DNA of 48,467 bases from contig CAIVWG010000240.1 in assembly GCA_903909555.1 (NCBI GenBank), positions 1 to 48,467 of the forward strand. The letters are read 5' to 3'. This DNA is from an uncultured bacterium. Lineage in GTDB: Bacteria > Actinomycetota > Actinomycetes > S36-B12. The notes under the pieces are model-generated. The model saw only the letters and a program-made list of their open reading frames with translations. It made no database searches and was not told the DNA's origin. Shown piece after piece: positions 48,152-48,467 of the stretch; the first letter of the stretch is position 1; the number at the start of each line of letters is the position of its first letter. The position numbers and the translations under genes are program-made.

Positions 48152-48465
48152 CGTGCTTCTCCCGCGGGGGATGCCCCGGACGCGGCCGAGGCCAGCGCCG
48201 CGTCGTCGGAGACGGGATCGTCGGGGGAGGCCTCGTCCCCGGGAATGGCGTCGGGCAGGGCCAGCGGGGAGTGGGCGACGTTGACGTCCGCGCGCCGGGG
48301 GAGGGTGAGGAGGAAGGCGGCTCCGTCGCCGGGGTGCCCCCAGGCCTCGAGGCGCCCCGCGTGGAGGCGGGTGTCCTCGAGGGCGATCGACAGGCCCAAG
48401 CCGGTCCCGCCCGTCTGGCGGGCGCGGGCGGGATCGGCGCGCCAGAAGCGGTCGAAGACGTGCTC
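48148..48465 (-). CDS. mtrB: Sensor histidine kinase MtrB, C-terminal part (5' end outside window)
   Basis: [47 protein letters not shown]; GTGA-coupled to lpqB. Confidence 0.9.
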   Translation of the reverse strand, partial: EHVFDRFWRADPARARQTGGTGLGLSIALEDTRLHAGRLEAWGHPGDGAAFLLTLPRRADVNVAHSPLALPDAIPGDEASPDDPVSDDAALASAASGASPAGEAR

Positions 48466-48467
48466 GA

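Noticed and set aside
1-48467. CRISPR array, transposase or defence system
   Set aside because: No spaced repeat array or matching ORF motifs were seen. The direct repeats found are short in-frame coding duplications.

Overview
High-GC actinobacterial chromosomal DNA, judged by whiB, F420 genes, mtrB-lpqB and frequent leaderless-type promoters. The left ~30 kb is a methylated-amine/C1 catabolic region. It encodes a choline/betaine ABC transporter, betA-betB and a non-pyrrolysine MttB-family methyltransferase. It also encodes that enzyme's corrinoid protein, a methyl-THF methyltransferase, a RamA/RACo-type activator, DUF1638 and MetV-MetF. Further left are a dimethylglycine dehydrogenase-EtfBA-Fhs operon and an Fds-type formate dehydrogenase. 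IclR and GntR regulators each have a candidate operator. A tRNA-Thr(TGT), lipid hydrolases and several unexplained small or secreted proteins are interspersed. The right ~17 kb is a conserved housekeeping block: GDP-mannose synthesis, fbiB/fbiA/fbiC, whiB, GT2, DUF5719, DUF3499, PMM, Trm112-like and manA, with lpqB-mtrB facing it. The best candidate for a novel system is the anaerobe-style cobalamin-dependent betaine demethylation pathway linked to THF-dependent methyl oxidation. No CRISPR, integrase or transposase was seen. All calls come from reading motifs and context by eye; no database searches were run.
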